From: Anthoceros angustus
Lineage: Eukaryota; Plantae; Anthocerotophyta
Length of the DNA stretch: 64,000 bases
NCBI GenBank assembly: GCA_010909165.1
Contig: VJWM01000068.1
Location: 1-64,000, forward strand
Reading direction: 5' to 3'
Shown here piece by piece: positions 11,901-25,290 of the stretch (position 1 is its first letter; each line of letters opens with the position of its first letter). The notes beneath the pieces are model-generated. The model was not told the origin of the DNA. It worked only from the letters and a program-made list of their open reading frames with translations, and ran no database searches. The position numbers and the translations under genes are program-made.

Positions 11901-14900
11901 GCCCGTTCGAGACAAGCATGGGAAGGCGCTGGCATTTGAGATGGCGTGCATGGGGAAGCGGCGGCGGCCAAGGCGCCATGGCTGGGAAGTGATGGTGGCC
12001 GGTACCCATTGGCCCCTAGGGCATGTTGGGGCTTGCGCCTGGCCGGGTCAGGCCATTGGCCCCAGGTCGTGTTTGAAGTGCGCTCAAGCCTAGTGCCCAT
12101 GGGCCCCTAGGGCGCAGTACAAGTGGAAGTAAATGGCAAGCACACACCCATGGGAAGGACATGCATGGGAAGCCCGGCCAGCCATTGCCGTTTTATGGAT
12201 GCGATTTTGAAACTCTTCTCCTGCCACTTGCCAGTAATTCCATTTTCATTCATTCATTTGATCAGACTATGTGCGCTTCATTCTCAAAGAGTATATGAGC
12301 ATGTTCTGTGTACCCGCTTAAAACGTGGAGCATAATATTACTCCGAGATCGCCCTGTAGATAGATGCATGGTGGGACACCACCTGCTGCTGCGCCATGCC
12401 TGGGCCCACCGCCTCACCGGGCTTGTGGCCCCACGGGCCCTAGTTAGGAGGGGAACTAGTCTTACTATCTGTGATGTTTAAAATGTTTCTAAGGCAATGG
12501 CCTTTGATTTGGCTAACGTGGTATGGTATTGAAAATAGTGCATGGAAGTACAAGGCCTTTGTGTTCTCATGTAGGGCGGCCATTTGCTCAAGGACTTCAA
12601 AGGCCACCCTACCCTCGGACTAAAGTAGTGGAATGCAAAGGGAAACCGGGACTAGTATTAGGAACGGATGCTGGGCTGGCACAAGACGCCGAGAACTGGT
12701 CGAGGCCGCTAGGCAGTAGACCGTCAGGGCTGCAGCCCCGACGCCACAATTGCGTCGGTGCCATGGAGCCGTTTAGCCTGGGGCCGACGCGGCCACTCTG
12801 ACCAGCAGATCGAGGCGGCAGCCGAGGTCCGTGACCACGCAAGAGCGCATGCGCTTATGCACTTGGCCAAGCATAACTCTCTTTTCTCTCTTTCAAGCGT
12901 AAAAACAATAACTATCAATTTTAACCCCGTATATTGGTAGTGTTCTTGTTTATTTTCCGCCATTTTTACCAGTAGTACCAGTGTAGTTTTACTAGTTATT
13001 AAGGTTATATACTTCCTAGGTATATTCTAATTGGGTTGAAGAAGTGTACACTGCATTTTGTATGTGCCTGTCTTCAAAAGTAATAGTTCTTCCTCCTCGC
13101 TCATTGTACGTCCTCGACAAAAGTTTATCATTTCAGTATCTTCCGATATGTTGCTAAATCACCTTAAACTTTAGGACTGGAAGTGATCTGGAACATTTGA
13201 GACTGAAGTAATGTAAAATCAGTACTCAAGAGCACCAATGGAATGTCGATGGGAATCGTAGATTTTGGACTGAACAAACGTAGTCTCAACGTCATCTCCT
13301 AGAAAGGTGGAGCAAGTCTCAGGTGTTAGAAGACTTGAACTTGGAAAGAGTCTAAGTTACTACACAAACCTGGAATTGGACGTAATACAGCGTGTAAGAA
13401 ACGTTTGAACACATGGCGACGACTTGACATAGTACGCATTTTATTACCTGCAACAGTATGCATATGAGACGTAGTACAAAATGCATATCTGCAGCAGAGC
13501 ATCAGGGTGTAAGAAAATCACGCGATACGAAACCGTGATACCTATGTACGACGCCGAGAGCCAAACAGAACTGCCAAAAAGGCAGTCCACATGGCCAACA
13601 AAGCAAAAAGGTTGTGGAAGGAGTGTTGTAACTGTAAGAGAGTTGTGTGTCTTGGCACCGTAGAAGCGTTCTTGATGCTCCCCAAATCACCAACAATGAT
13701 CGTGAAGCAACCTGATAAAAAGGTGAGTTTCAATAGTCTCGTGAAGAACCGTGGATGAAGATGGTTGTAATCTTCGCCCGGTCAGAAGCCGTAAGATTCT
13801 TCTTCACCACCGCACTTCGCAAGATGTCCATTTGGTCATAGCTTTCAAATCGCACTGGTTTACCACGTAGATGCACCGCCTCGAAAACCCACAATCCCTG
13901 AACTCGAAGAACCCTTCAAACCCACTTAAGCACGATGGCGACATATGCAATCAAAAGTTGAGGAGCTTGAATCAAGCTGAGGATAAGCGCAACGGATTTG
14001 AACAATCAATGATCGCCAAAGTGGGTTTTACCTGTGATGGGCACATACAAGACCATGGGAATGAACGCTTAAATAGAACTCACTTTTCCAGGACTCACTA
14101 ATGACAAGCCATGAGGACTACGGAATGTCCCAGATCTGCCTTGAGCTTGCTTTAATTACTGCCCGCTCCAAGGTTCTAGGTTAGCCTGGTAATGTTTGGT
14201 TAGGTTTGGTGAGCTTAACCTAGGTTTGGTAGCTGGTGGCGGCGGCGGCGCACGAATTGCAGACCTAGGTAGGTTTGGAATCAGGTTTGGAGTTATAGGT
14301 TCGGTAAATTCAAACGAGGTCTGGTAGACAGAGAATGGCGGCGACGACAGAGAGAGAAGGGCTAGGGTTTGTTAGGCTCTATAAAGTCTTACATTGAGTT
14401 TGAATGTCTTTCGTCACCGGCAGCCAAGGTTGGGTCATAGACCGCTCTTTCCGGCGCCTCTGGGCGCTTCATATGTCCGCTGCAGGTGTCATGTAGTTTT
14501 GGAAGCGACACTGGGCTTGAAGGCGTGGTTCTGCCGCTTGTTTTGACGCGAGGGTTCCTTCTTCCGGTACAAGGATGCCGCGGTGGCCACTGTCGAAAGG
14601 CTGCCTGCCTTTTCTCCGAAAGGTCAGCTTTTTAGTGAAAGTTCACGCTTTTCTCGGCTCCGTGAGTCTTTGTACCAGCCGCCGGGCCACGTTGTTGCAC
14701 ACCATTCTAGCCATCATTTCATTTTATGCTTGTCTTTTTAGCCTGCTTTAGGCCTCGTGGTTGTCTTTTACCCCTCGCATGTAGGGGCGGCCCCGCTGCT
14801 TGGGTGTTACAGCCAGGTAATGTCCATTTTGGTCAGCCTATGTTGAAGGCATCATCTCAGATGTCTTCAAAGCGCCTTGTTGAGGTTTAGGGCCATGCTA

Positions 14901-17269
14901 TGGGCCGAGGCTTTTCTTCCGAGCTGCGCAGTATGTCTTGTAGTCGTGAGTTCCGCATATCCGTCCGAAAGTCAGGTGTTGTGCATCGATGGTAGTTTGA
15001 AGGCGAGTTTTGCCGTTTGTGGTGTGAAGTGGTTGGTTAAGCCAAAGTGTTCGCCCAAGGCCAATGTTGTTTGCTTCCGTAGTCCAAGGTTTGCTCAGCT
15101 TAAAGGCCGATGCCTATTTGTTTTGTGAGTTTCGGTCCGTGGCTTTCTCCGCTCTTTTCGCGCTACATCGCAGGCGCGCTTTCTTTTGCTTGTGCTGAAG
15201 TTTGATCTGCTGCTATGGTATGGCTCTGAATTGGTATTCATGTATGTCTTGTGCATGCCTCTTTTCCTCCAGGCCGTTGTTGATGCTGGTTTGTTTATGT
15301 TAGTTTTGGTTTAAGGTTTTTGGTTAGAGGGCCGAGGTCTTTGTAGCTACTGCTTTGCTCAGAGTCCAAGTGCTCTGCATGTCCGGGTCCGGGAGGTGTT
15401 GTGTAAATGTCCTACCGTATGCCTTTCAGTTGTAAGCCTTCGGAGTGAATCCGGACCAACTACTCACGGTGAAGTCATGTTGTTTCGGAAGATTAAGAGC
15501 TCTCGCCCCAGCTAAGGTTCAGCCCGCTATCACAAGGTTTGGGATGCTCAGGCTCACCTAAAGTACCATGGCTTTGTTTTGTCAAGCAGTGACTTGGTCT
15601 GCTTGGCAGCTTGCTCCGATCTCTGCTTTCGCCTCCTGGCATGGTCGCGCTCAGTATGCAGCTAACGCTTGTCATAGAACATCGGTCTCAGTTTATCCGC
15701 TTTCTGCGCCTGCAGCTTTGTTGAGCCTAAGCCCGCTACAGTGCATGTTCAAGCTCGACGACAGCTGGGTCATGGCTCGGGTTGCGATGCGCCTGCAATT
15801 TGCTCCCGCCAAGGCAAGTCACCATGCCGTACACCTGTCGTAACTGGGTTTTCTCTGCCTCGTCAGCCTCATTCGCATGTTGTCTTTCTTCCTTATTAGC
15901 CTTGGCCAAACCACAACGGGTTGTACTGGCGCTTGTGCTCCTAAGAGGTAGTTGAACGAACATCGATACCTGAAAGCGCACATCATTTTGCTACTGCCCT
16001 GACGAAACAGCAATGTTTAGCCTCAAAATCGTCATAGTAGTTTGGTGGACTGCCAGACCCTCGTGATGTCTACTGCACACTTCTACAAGTGGTTCTTTTG
16101 GCTTGTAGCGCTACCGCTTCATACACAAAGTTTCAAGTCAGCTGTTAGTATTGTGTTTATTAATTTGTCGCCTTGTATTTATCGCCTTGTATATATTGCT
16201 GAAGTATCTGGATGTTTTTTCTTACTATTATCAATGTGCCTCTAAATTCTTAATTTATGTTGTTTATGCAGGCTGTTGAGGCAATGGAAGGATCCTTATC
16301 CGTATTTACTCTACATTATTTAATACGTATTTACTAGCCACCTTGATATACAGGTGAAACCTCTGCACACAACAGTGCGATTCTTTGTTGGTTTTTGTAT
16401 ATCCCGGATCCGCATGAATTGGGAATTTAAGTACTGATATGTTTTAATTACCGATTTATGTAAATATGGTGGATTCAAAGATGTTCCCATCTAGATGCAC
16501 CTGGGTTTCCTCACTTGGTGGCTTATTTTTTCTACTCCATCAAGTTATGGTTTCCGTTATTAGATGGTGATTATTTTTACTCACGTGCATCATTTTACTC
16601 ACTTGTAATAAATTTTATCAATTCGTAAAAAACGACCAGAGGTCAACTTCTAGAATTTCCATCCCGCTCAAAATAAATCAATGAGCCGAGTCCCACTCTA
16701 GTCACACCACGTGATAAGGATTGCGTTATTCGATCGTGACAACCATGTGCAACTATAAAAAATCGTAAAGTACTAACAAGAGGGTTCCATTTGCATATCA
16801 ATTTGAATCCAATGTCGCCGTGATACCTACCACATAGGCTAAGGACATTATGCAAACTGTGAGAAGTGAGAATGACGACCGTGAAATTTGACCTAACCCC
16901 AAACCCCGGGTATGTAAAGGCGCCACGGCCTACTTTTCCTCCACACTGTGAATACGCCCAATGTGTAGTATATAACCTACATTTAGGACTTCTTTTGGTG
17001 TTTATACATACAGTGCCCTAGTTGAAGGGCGATTTTATGTGCTGACACCCAAGAATGTCAACTACATAGGTTCAATTATAGGAAATCATGTTGTGGAAAG
17101 CTCAAACCTTCACATGCCTTTACCGCTATAAAAACAATGCAACCAATGGTGTGACACCATGATTTTCAGGATAATTTCGTAGCATGCCACCATTACGCTA
17201 GTTTTAGACCCATCAAAAACCCTTCAAAGGATAAAGCTACTAAACCCCATCGGGTATATTCCTCTCAAA

Positions 17270-18345
17270 AATCATGGCAGTGGCTTCCACATCACCCACT
17301 GACTTCTACATGTTGCTCCGCTTGCAATGGCTCAAACGCCTTGGCATCTGGCAGGTTCAAGAAGAGGATCTCAAGCTTCCTTCCAAATCTTCCGCACCGC
17401 ACGTGTCAAGACGCCCTTCTCCTCCTCGAGCTATCTTCGCTATAGTTGCCGTGAGGTTTCTTCCCTTGCCTGATCCGGCCACATTGTCACCATGTATCCA
17501 AGTTGTGCTCATCTTTTTCGCCCCTCCGATGATGAACCGCCGCTTCTCGATCTTCGCCCGCACCAACTTCCCAGCTTTTATGGCGTCCCATGAGGCTGCC
17601 ATCGCCTTCTTTGATGCTTCCTGCTTTCCGTCTACATGACTACCGGTGCTTCCTCCACGGCCTTGCTCTTCGCTGATTTTGTGGATAAGGTTGATGCGTA
17701 TGCATTGGCCGGGTTGTTGCTCGTTGATCGAGACCCATCTTGATGCTTCTCCCAAGATGCCACTTCATTGTGCCCATACCTCCCATGCCTAGGGCATGGC
17801 TCCTCACCCTTGACTCCTTCAATGGCTGTCAGCACTCATGAGGGAACGGTCCGTCCCTGGCACCCCATGCAGCTTATCACTAATGCTGTGGGCCGGCTTG
17901 TCCAGTGAGTTCCTCCATCACGACTGCCGGTCATGTTGTCCACCACTCCTACTTCAGCCGGAGTGATCACTCAGAACCGCACGAGAGAAAGTGCCGCCGG
18001 GCCTATCTCGTCAACCATCTTGTACACTTCCTTAAGGTGTAGGCCACATTCTTGTACAGATAACCGCTGCATTGCACCTTCATGCACAACAAGATACGCT
18101 GACATTCACTGCAAACTGTATCAAGAATCAGGTACCAATCCATCACCCAGTATGATCTTGGAGTCACGTACTAACCGGGTCAATTCTTGATAGCCATCTT
18201 AGCATCGCGACTTCATCTTGAAGTGTGTTAGCTCGGAGATCTTCTCATCCGTGCTTGCAAGAAACTCTAGCCGGAAGATGTCAAACATCTATTCGATGGG
18301 ATCGTGCCCACTTGGTGCCATTGCTCCATCTGCACTGGTTCCTTC
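17270..18345 (-). mobile_element. Gypsy-like retrotransposon gag remnant (distal part)
   Basis: MFDIFRLEFLASTDEKISELTHFKMK...YQELTRLVRDSK has a retrotransposon gag-like pattern. It ends at a CACTA-like terminus. Confidence 0.45.
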
Positions 18346-21300
18346 CCCTACTAGAAATGGGCACCCTATGTTACACTTTATGTTAAGATTTGGACCCCTG
18401 GATGTAACACTCATGTTACAATTTTGGGGTCATGTAACACTTTTTGGGCCCCTTGTTACACTTTGGCTTGGAAACCATACCACGTTGTTGCAATCATGTT
18501 GCAATGGTGTTGCAATTATGTTAAGATGAAGTGAGAGGTGGTTTTGCCCTCTCTCAAAATTGCAACATGATTGCAACATCTAAAGTGTTACAAGAGAGGT
18601 CTTGTAACACTTTTGGAGGCTTGGTACCGAACCTCCTCCCCATCCACCATTGCCCTTTTACTTTTGCCCTTTGAAATACCACGTTTTACTTGGTAGTTAC
18701 CACCGATACGCCTTCAATACGACCATATATACAAATACGTATCAATACATCCTTGTACTATACGCATGTAGTCTACGGTGATAAATGTAATGTATTATTC
18801 TAAGTGCTATACGGGCGTATTCAATTTCATATAAAATAAGTTTGTATATTATATTACATACGACAATCGGTCCGTATATATTCATGATATACTTTGTATT
18901 TACTATACGTGTAAATAGCGACGGCCCTTTATACCCCTACTTTATAGCATGGCTTGCGGTTTGTCCTTCCCACGTCAACAATAGCCATCGGCTTCGCCAT
19001 GGCGCCCAAGAAGATATTGTCCCCACCTATCACCTTATTGTGACGCATCACCGTGAGGTTATGCCCTACAAGATTGTGTCGGAGGAGATTTGGTATGCGG
19101 CTTATGCTTTTACGCCTCCATGTAAGGCACTTCCTACTCGTCATCGTATGCACCTACAGAAACTTCCGCCTCCCGTCGATTCGCAATTTTCTTCTTCCTC
19201 CCACTTGCTTTGAGGCAAGCTTTGCCACTTCCTCCGCTTCCTCCGCCTTCCTGCAGCACACATTGCACATACAAACCAGCATGGCGTCATGAGTTATCCA
19301 GTTAATGGGGTTTCCACGAAGCTGTCCATTTGCCTTACCTTCCCTCCGGTCCCTCCTCTTTTCTTCCGCCCTTCTTGCTGGACATTTTCCTCTTCCGTCC
19401 TCCTTCTTCCGGTTGCAGCCTGCCCTTGTCACTCCCCACCGCCGCCTCCTACTCCTCCTCCCGTTTTCCTCTTCGGCCTCCACCCTTTATCAGTGGCATT
19501 GCCTCAACCGGGCTCCACTGTGTCCATGCTCTCGATCCGAGGCTGCAAGCAAGGTATGCACAAATTAGGCACATCGTCCTCTTCACTGCCTCCTCGCGGC
19601 GTCCATGTTCTCTGCAGGCCCCCCCCGCCCCCGGCCTCCATCTGCATTGGCCGATATCAAGTGCCGCATGTTGCCCTCTTAGTCCTCCTTCATTCTCTCT
19701 CCCTCGACATCCGCCTCATGTTCGTTACGGCCTTTTGCCCCCGCCGACCATGGCTGCTGGGTGATCCACTCTGTCCTCCGCCACCCGCTCCTCCTAGTCC
19801 CCTGCGATTTTTGGCTGTCCATAGTGCACACAGTGTGTTTTCTGACGCTGCTCCTCCACCACCACTCCCGCCTCCACACACCTTGTTCCGCCTCCATCGG
19901 CGTCCACATCCGATCCCAACGGCCTCCACCCTCCCCATACATGGCCGTCACTGCGGTCTCGCACCCTCCACCTCTTTTCCATTATTTGCTTGCTGCCCAC
20001 GACCGCCTCGTGCCTCCATTGACCCCAATCCTGCATGCGCCACCAACCCTAGGCAATCGTGGTGTCGGGCACCACAATATCGTCCACACTGCCACTCGGT
20101 TCCCTCCCCGCCTCCTCCCTCGCATGCTTCCTCAAGACGCCTCACCGCCTCCACTTCCCGCTCCTTGTTCATCGCCGCCCCCATTCAAAGTCCTGTTGTC
20201 CTCGCCCCCTCGGCCTCCTTCCTCCAAGCCCCTTCCGCCATTGCATTCCTTGATAGCCTCGTTCCATGTCACCACCTCGTGCACCATCGTTGCCTCCCAC
20301 CCCTTCCTTCCGTGCCTAAAAGGCCACCATATCGGATCCATCTTCAATTCAATGTCGTTAAGCAAAATGGTCATTTCCTTGTTCTCCTTGCAATAGCCTC
20401 GAACCTCTAGGATCTTTTCATACACTCCTATCTTACCGAAGGAACTCAGCAGAACCCCACTATCGCCTTTCACGATTTCCACCCTTTCCCTTCTAGCAAT
20501 CGCCACACCGTCCTCGAAAGGTTGCCTCCCTTGTCTCCAAGCTTGAACGCCCGCCAGATGCCGGTGCACATGTGTTACCCGTTTGTCCACCATGCCCACT
20601 CATCCGGCTGCAAACTAACGTGCACACTTTGCCGTCACACGTTAACGCAGTGCGAAAACCCACCTCATCCAATGAAATAGCTCTTCATCTATTTCCTTCA
20701 CTTCTGCACGCAGCTCCAACTCCGCATCTGGGCCGGGAGGTTCCACGTCTCAAAGTCGTCAAAATCAAGTTTGGGCTCGGCAGCCATGTCGCCTCGCCTC
20801 TTACCTCTCGCTGACCGTCTTCGACGAGGAGGCCGCTTCTTCATCGCCGATGTCTGAATGGAGACCGCCGCTGGGTGCGGTGGATGAGCGAGATAGCCCG
20901 AGGCCATTTGGCCCCTCATCCTCCCCACCCGACACGGTGCTGCCGGCGACGTCAACCATGGTGGTGTTCGCAGCTTCATACGTGACTCTAGCAAGCTTCA
21001 CCGCCATACTCCCATCCCGCGAACCGGTTGTCCACCACCTTCGTGCGTCAAGGCAATGGCTTCCTCTCGTGAAAGGTGCGGGCCATGAGTCCCGCCGAAT
21101 TCAAGGCTGCTATTTTGAAAAGCTTTGTTTGCAAAGGCCCGGTTGTCATTTACTCCTCTTGGCCGGACGGAGTGTGCACATGCTACTTGCCCATAATCAA
21201 CAATTTTCGACCACAACCGGACTTGGGAGCAAGTTTCATGTCCCATTGTCAGACGTTACTCATGATGTATTATATTGCCCACATGGCGCACCGCTCTCAA

Positions 21301-21469
21301 TGCGCCCATTCGCATTTTACCATTAATCATCGCCTTCCACGACCAAAGATTGTGCCTTGTGGAGGGAGGAGACAATAGACTATAGCATGCAAACCAATCA
21401 CCATACATGATTTATTCCACTTTCAGACGCGTGACTCGTATGACGTGCGCAAGGGTGACTTGTCATCTC

Positions 21470-24400
21470 GTCAACGGTATGGACGGGCACCAAACCATAC
21501 CCATCCATTCCGCCAAGCATACAAGAGGTCATCGAGTTTTATTGCGTGATGGGAAGTACAAGTAGTGATCAAGGATGAAGGACTTTCCCATCCCAATGTT
21601 TAATTAGAAGCATATGTCCCCACATTGTGAGGTATAAACCGTCCTCACACGACGATGCATGCCCCGAGAGCGGCAAGAGCCAAGGGACGACGGCCCATAC
21701 CAGGTCCTTGATGAGGGAGAGAGCAACCTCCCATCCATCATCCTCGATGGCCATCGATTGACGTGGGAATTGCAGCCCTTGTCCGGCCATGGCCGGGTTT
21801 CCACCACCGTGCAACAATAATGTGCACACACTACGCAATGATCCACAAAGCACAGTGTCAAATGGAAGGCGGTTTTGACTTATGGATTCCACAAACACTT
21901 TAGCTCGGCATGGACTTGTAGGTAGGCGAATAGGGCCAAAAAGTGTTCACATCCGGCACCACAACAACCCCAGCCATACCGTGTGGTCACGAACACCATG
22001 CCCGCACCATGTGGAAGGAACCACCTCCACCGAACGGCAAGTCCCCACGGGGATAGCCACGATGAGAGCCTGCTCCACGCCATGAGGCGGTGACACCGCC
22101 TCCAACCTTTGCAAAGGATCCTTGATGGCCATCAATGATTTCTAGTTGTGCACCGAAGATGGAGACATGAACACACGCCTGGTGCGAACTACTACCCACG
22201 CCCATTTAGGTTTCCGACGGAAGCTAGCTCCGCATACGCCAACATGTCCGTCATACATGGCATAAGGTAGCAGGAGAGCGCCCAGCAGTGTGCATGTTTC
22301 ACGAAGAGGCTCGCCAACCGCGAGGATGACCAAGAGAAAGGTAGTAGCGTGAAGCGAGGGCAAGGTGGTGACATTTAAAGCGGACCACCACCTTCTGCCT
22401 CTTGTGCCCCGTGCCACATCGGGTTGCGGATGAGAGGATCTTGAATTTCAACTGCTCATATGTGACAAACCAAACATGGCGCTTTGATGGCCGGCCGACC
22501 AACAAAGTGATTCTGCTGGTAAATGCAATGAGTGTGAAGCGCGGCCATAAAGGAGCGAATGCGAAGTTTGTTTTCATGTCTCCTAAGGGCTGGAAATCTT
22601 TGACGGTGCGACGCCATAGTGACGCCGTGAGCCGCCACCCTAGCATGGTGCCGATGGCGTGAATACATTATACGCCCGCCATGTGACGCATGATTGGTGG
22701 AGAGAATGGGAGTCTCGAACGATGGACATCATTATCTAGGAGAACGGGAATTGGCATATATATGGCAAATTCACACACGGACGGTCCTTCATTCATGGCA
22801 TAATGAAAGGGGGCATTTAGTTTGCTTGAATCCCTACTAGAAAAGGGCAGTCATGTTACACTTTATGTTAAGATTTGGACCCCCCTTTGTTGCAATTATG
22901 TTAAAATCTTGGGGTCTTGTTACACTTTTGGGACCCCTTGGTTAGGTTTGGAAACCAACCTCCACCTTATTACCATATGAGTCTTGCAATTATGTTGCAA
23001 TGTAGTGAGAGGTGGTTTGTGTCCCTCTCAAAATTTCAACATAATTGCAACAACCAAAGTGTTACATCGTCTCTTACGCTTTGGCTTGGTACCGAACCTC
23101 CTCCCCATCTACCTTCCTCTTTTACTACTATTACCCTATGGAATACCTAGTTTTACTTAGTAGTTCCCAGATACTCGTATGAATACACATATATAAAAAT
23201 ATGTATGAATACATTCTTTGTAAAATACACGTATTGTTCATGGTAACATATACTATATGGTAATTTCGTGATATATGGTCATATTCTATTTTATATAAAA
23301 TAAGCATATCACGGATAACGTACATACTTTGTACACGTCCACGATCGTTTACTAGTTTGTCCTTGAGCACTCTGCCTTTTGTGCCTCTGAGTTTGTGCTA
23401 CGCGGACCCATGTCCGGTCAACGGTATGGACGGGCACCAAACCATACCCATCCATTCCGCGACAAGACAGTCATCGAGTTTTATTGACGATGGGAAGTAC
23501 AAGTAGTGATCAAGGATGAAGGACTTTCCCATCCCAATGTTTAATTACGGTAAGCATATGTCCCCACATTGTGAGGTATAAACCGTCCGCCACACGAACG
23601 CCATGCCCGAGACGGCAAGAGCCAAGGGACGACGGCCCATACCGGTCCTTGATGGCACGAGGGAGAGCAACCTCCATCCATCATCCTCGATGGCCATCGT
23701 CATGTGAATTGCAGCCCTTGTCCTTAATGGCCATCGTCGGTTTCCACCACTGTGCAACAATAATGTGCACACACGCAATGATCCACAAATGCACACAGTC
23801 GTGCGGAAGGCGGTTTTGACTTATGCGGATTCCACAAACACTTTAGCGCATGGACTTGTAGGTAGGCGAATAGGGCCAAAAAGTGTTCACATCCGCCTCC
23901 GAACCCCCATACCTGCATGTGGTAACACCATGCCGCACCATGTGGAAGGAACCACCTCGCCACCGAAGCAAGTCCCCACGAGGGATAGCCACGAGACAGC
24001 TGCTACGCCATGAGGCGGTGACACCGCCTCCAACCTTTGCAAAGGATCCTTGATGGCCATCAATGATTTCTAGTTGTGCACCAAGATGGAGACATGAACA
24101 CACGCCTCGTGGTGCGAACTACCACCCACGCCCATTTAGGTTTCCGACGGAAGCTCCGCATACGTCAACATGTCCGCCATACACATGGCATAAGGTAGCA
24201 GAGCGCCGCAGTGGCATGTTTCACGAAGAGGCTCGCCTTGCGAGGATGACCAAGAGAAAGGTAGTAGCGTGAGCGAGGGCAAGGTGGTGACATTTAAAGC
24301 GGACCACCACCTTCTGCCTCTTGTGCCCCGTGCCACATCGGGTTGCGGATGAGAGGATCTTGAATTTCAATGCTCCTTACATGTGACAAACCAAACATGG

Positions 24401-25290
24401 CAGTTTTGATGGTCACGACCAACAAAGGATTGCCGGTAAATGCAATGAGTGTGAACGCGGCCATAAAGGAGCGGAATGCGAAGTTTGTTTTCATGTCTCC
24501 TAAGGGCTGGAAATCCTTTGTGACGCCATAGTGACGCCGAGCCGCCACCCTAGCATGGTGCCGATGGCGTGAATACATTATACGCCCGCCATGTGACGCG
24601 CATGATTGGTGGAGAGCGAATGGGAGTCTCGAACGATGGACATCATTATCTAGGAGAACGGAATTGGCATATATATGGCAAATTCACATGGATCCTTCAT
24701 TCATGGCATAATGAAGGGGCATTTAGTTTGCTTGAATCCCTACTAGAAAAGGGCACTATGTTATAATGTTAAGATTTGACCCCCTTGTTGCAATTATGTT
24801 AAAATCTTGGGGTCTTGTTACACTTTTGGGACCCCTTGGTTAGGTTTGAAACCAACCTCCACCTTGTTACACAATATTTTGTTGCAATTATGTTGAATGT
24901 AGTGAGAGGTGGTTTGTGTCCTCTCAAAATTTCAACATAATTGCAACAACCAAAGTGTTACATCGTCTTGTTACTGCAGTGCTTGGTACCGAACCTCCTC
25001 CCCATCTACCTTCCTCTTTTACTACTATTACCCTATGGAATACCTAGTTTTACTTAGTAGTTCCCATACTCGTGATGAATACACATATATAAAAATACAT
25101 GTATGAATACATTCTTTGTAAAATACACGTATTGTTCATGGTAACATATACTATATGGTAATTTCTGATATATGGTCATATTCTATTTTATATAAAATAA
25201 GCATATCGTACACGGATAACGTACATACTTTGGTCCACATACGTTTACTAGTTTGTCCTTGAGCACTCGGCCTTTGTGCCTACGAGTTTG
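21470..25290. repeat. ~1.95-kb tandem duplication (21470-23410 and 23418-25290) including a CACTA-like left end
   Basis: Both copies start tcaacggtatggacgggcaccaaaccatacccatcc and both contain CCCTACTAGAAAAGGGCA (22832, 24738). The differences are mostly small indels. Confidence 0.92.

Noticed and set aside
13000-16900. Exon-like fragments on both strands
   Set aside because: Splice-like signals exist, but no coherent or recognisable protein could be assembled by eye.
19154-20410. 373-aa proline-rich ORF and overlapping ORFs
   Set aside because: Explained by C-rich low-complexity composition inside CACTA-like cargo.
21570-21620. GMGKSFIL as a Walker A motif of a Helitron/PIF1 helicase
   Set aside because: No accompanying helicase or Rep motifs in any frame nearby.
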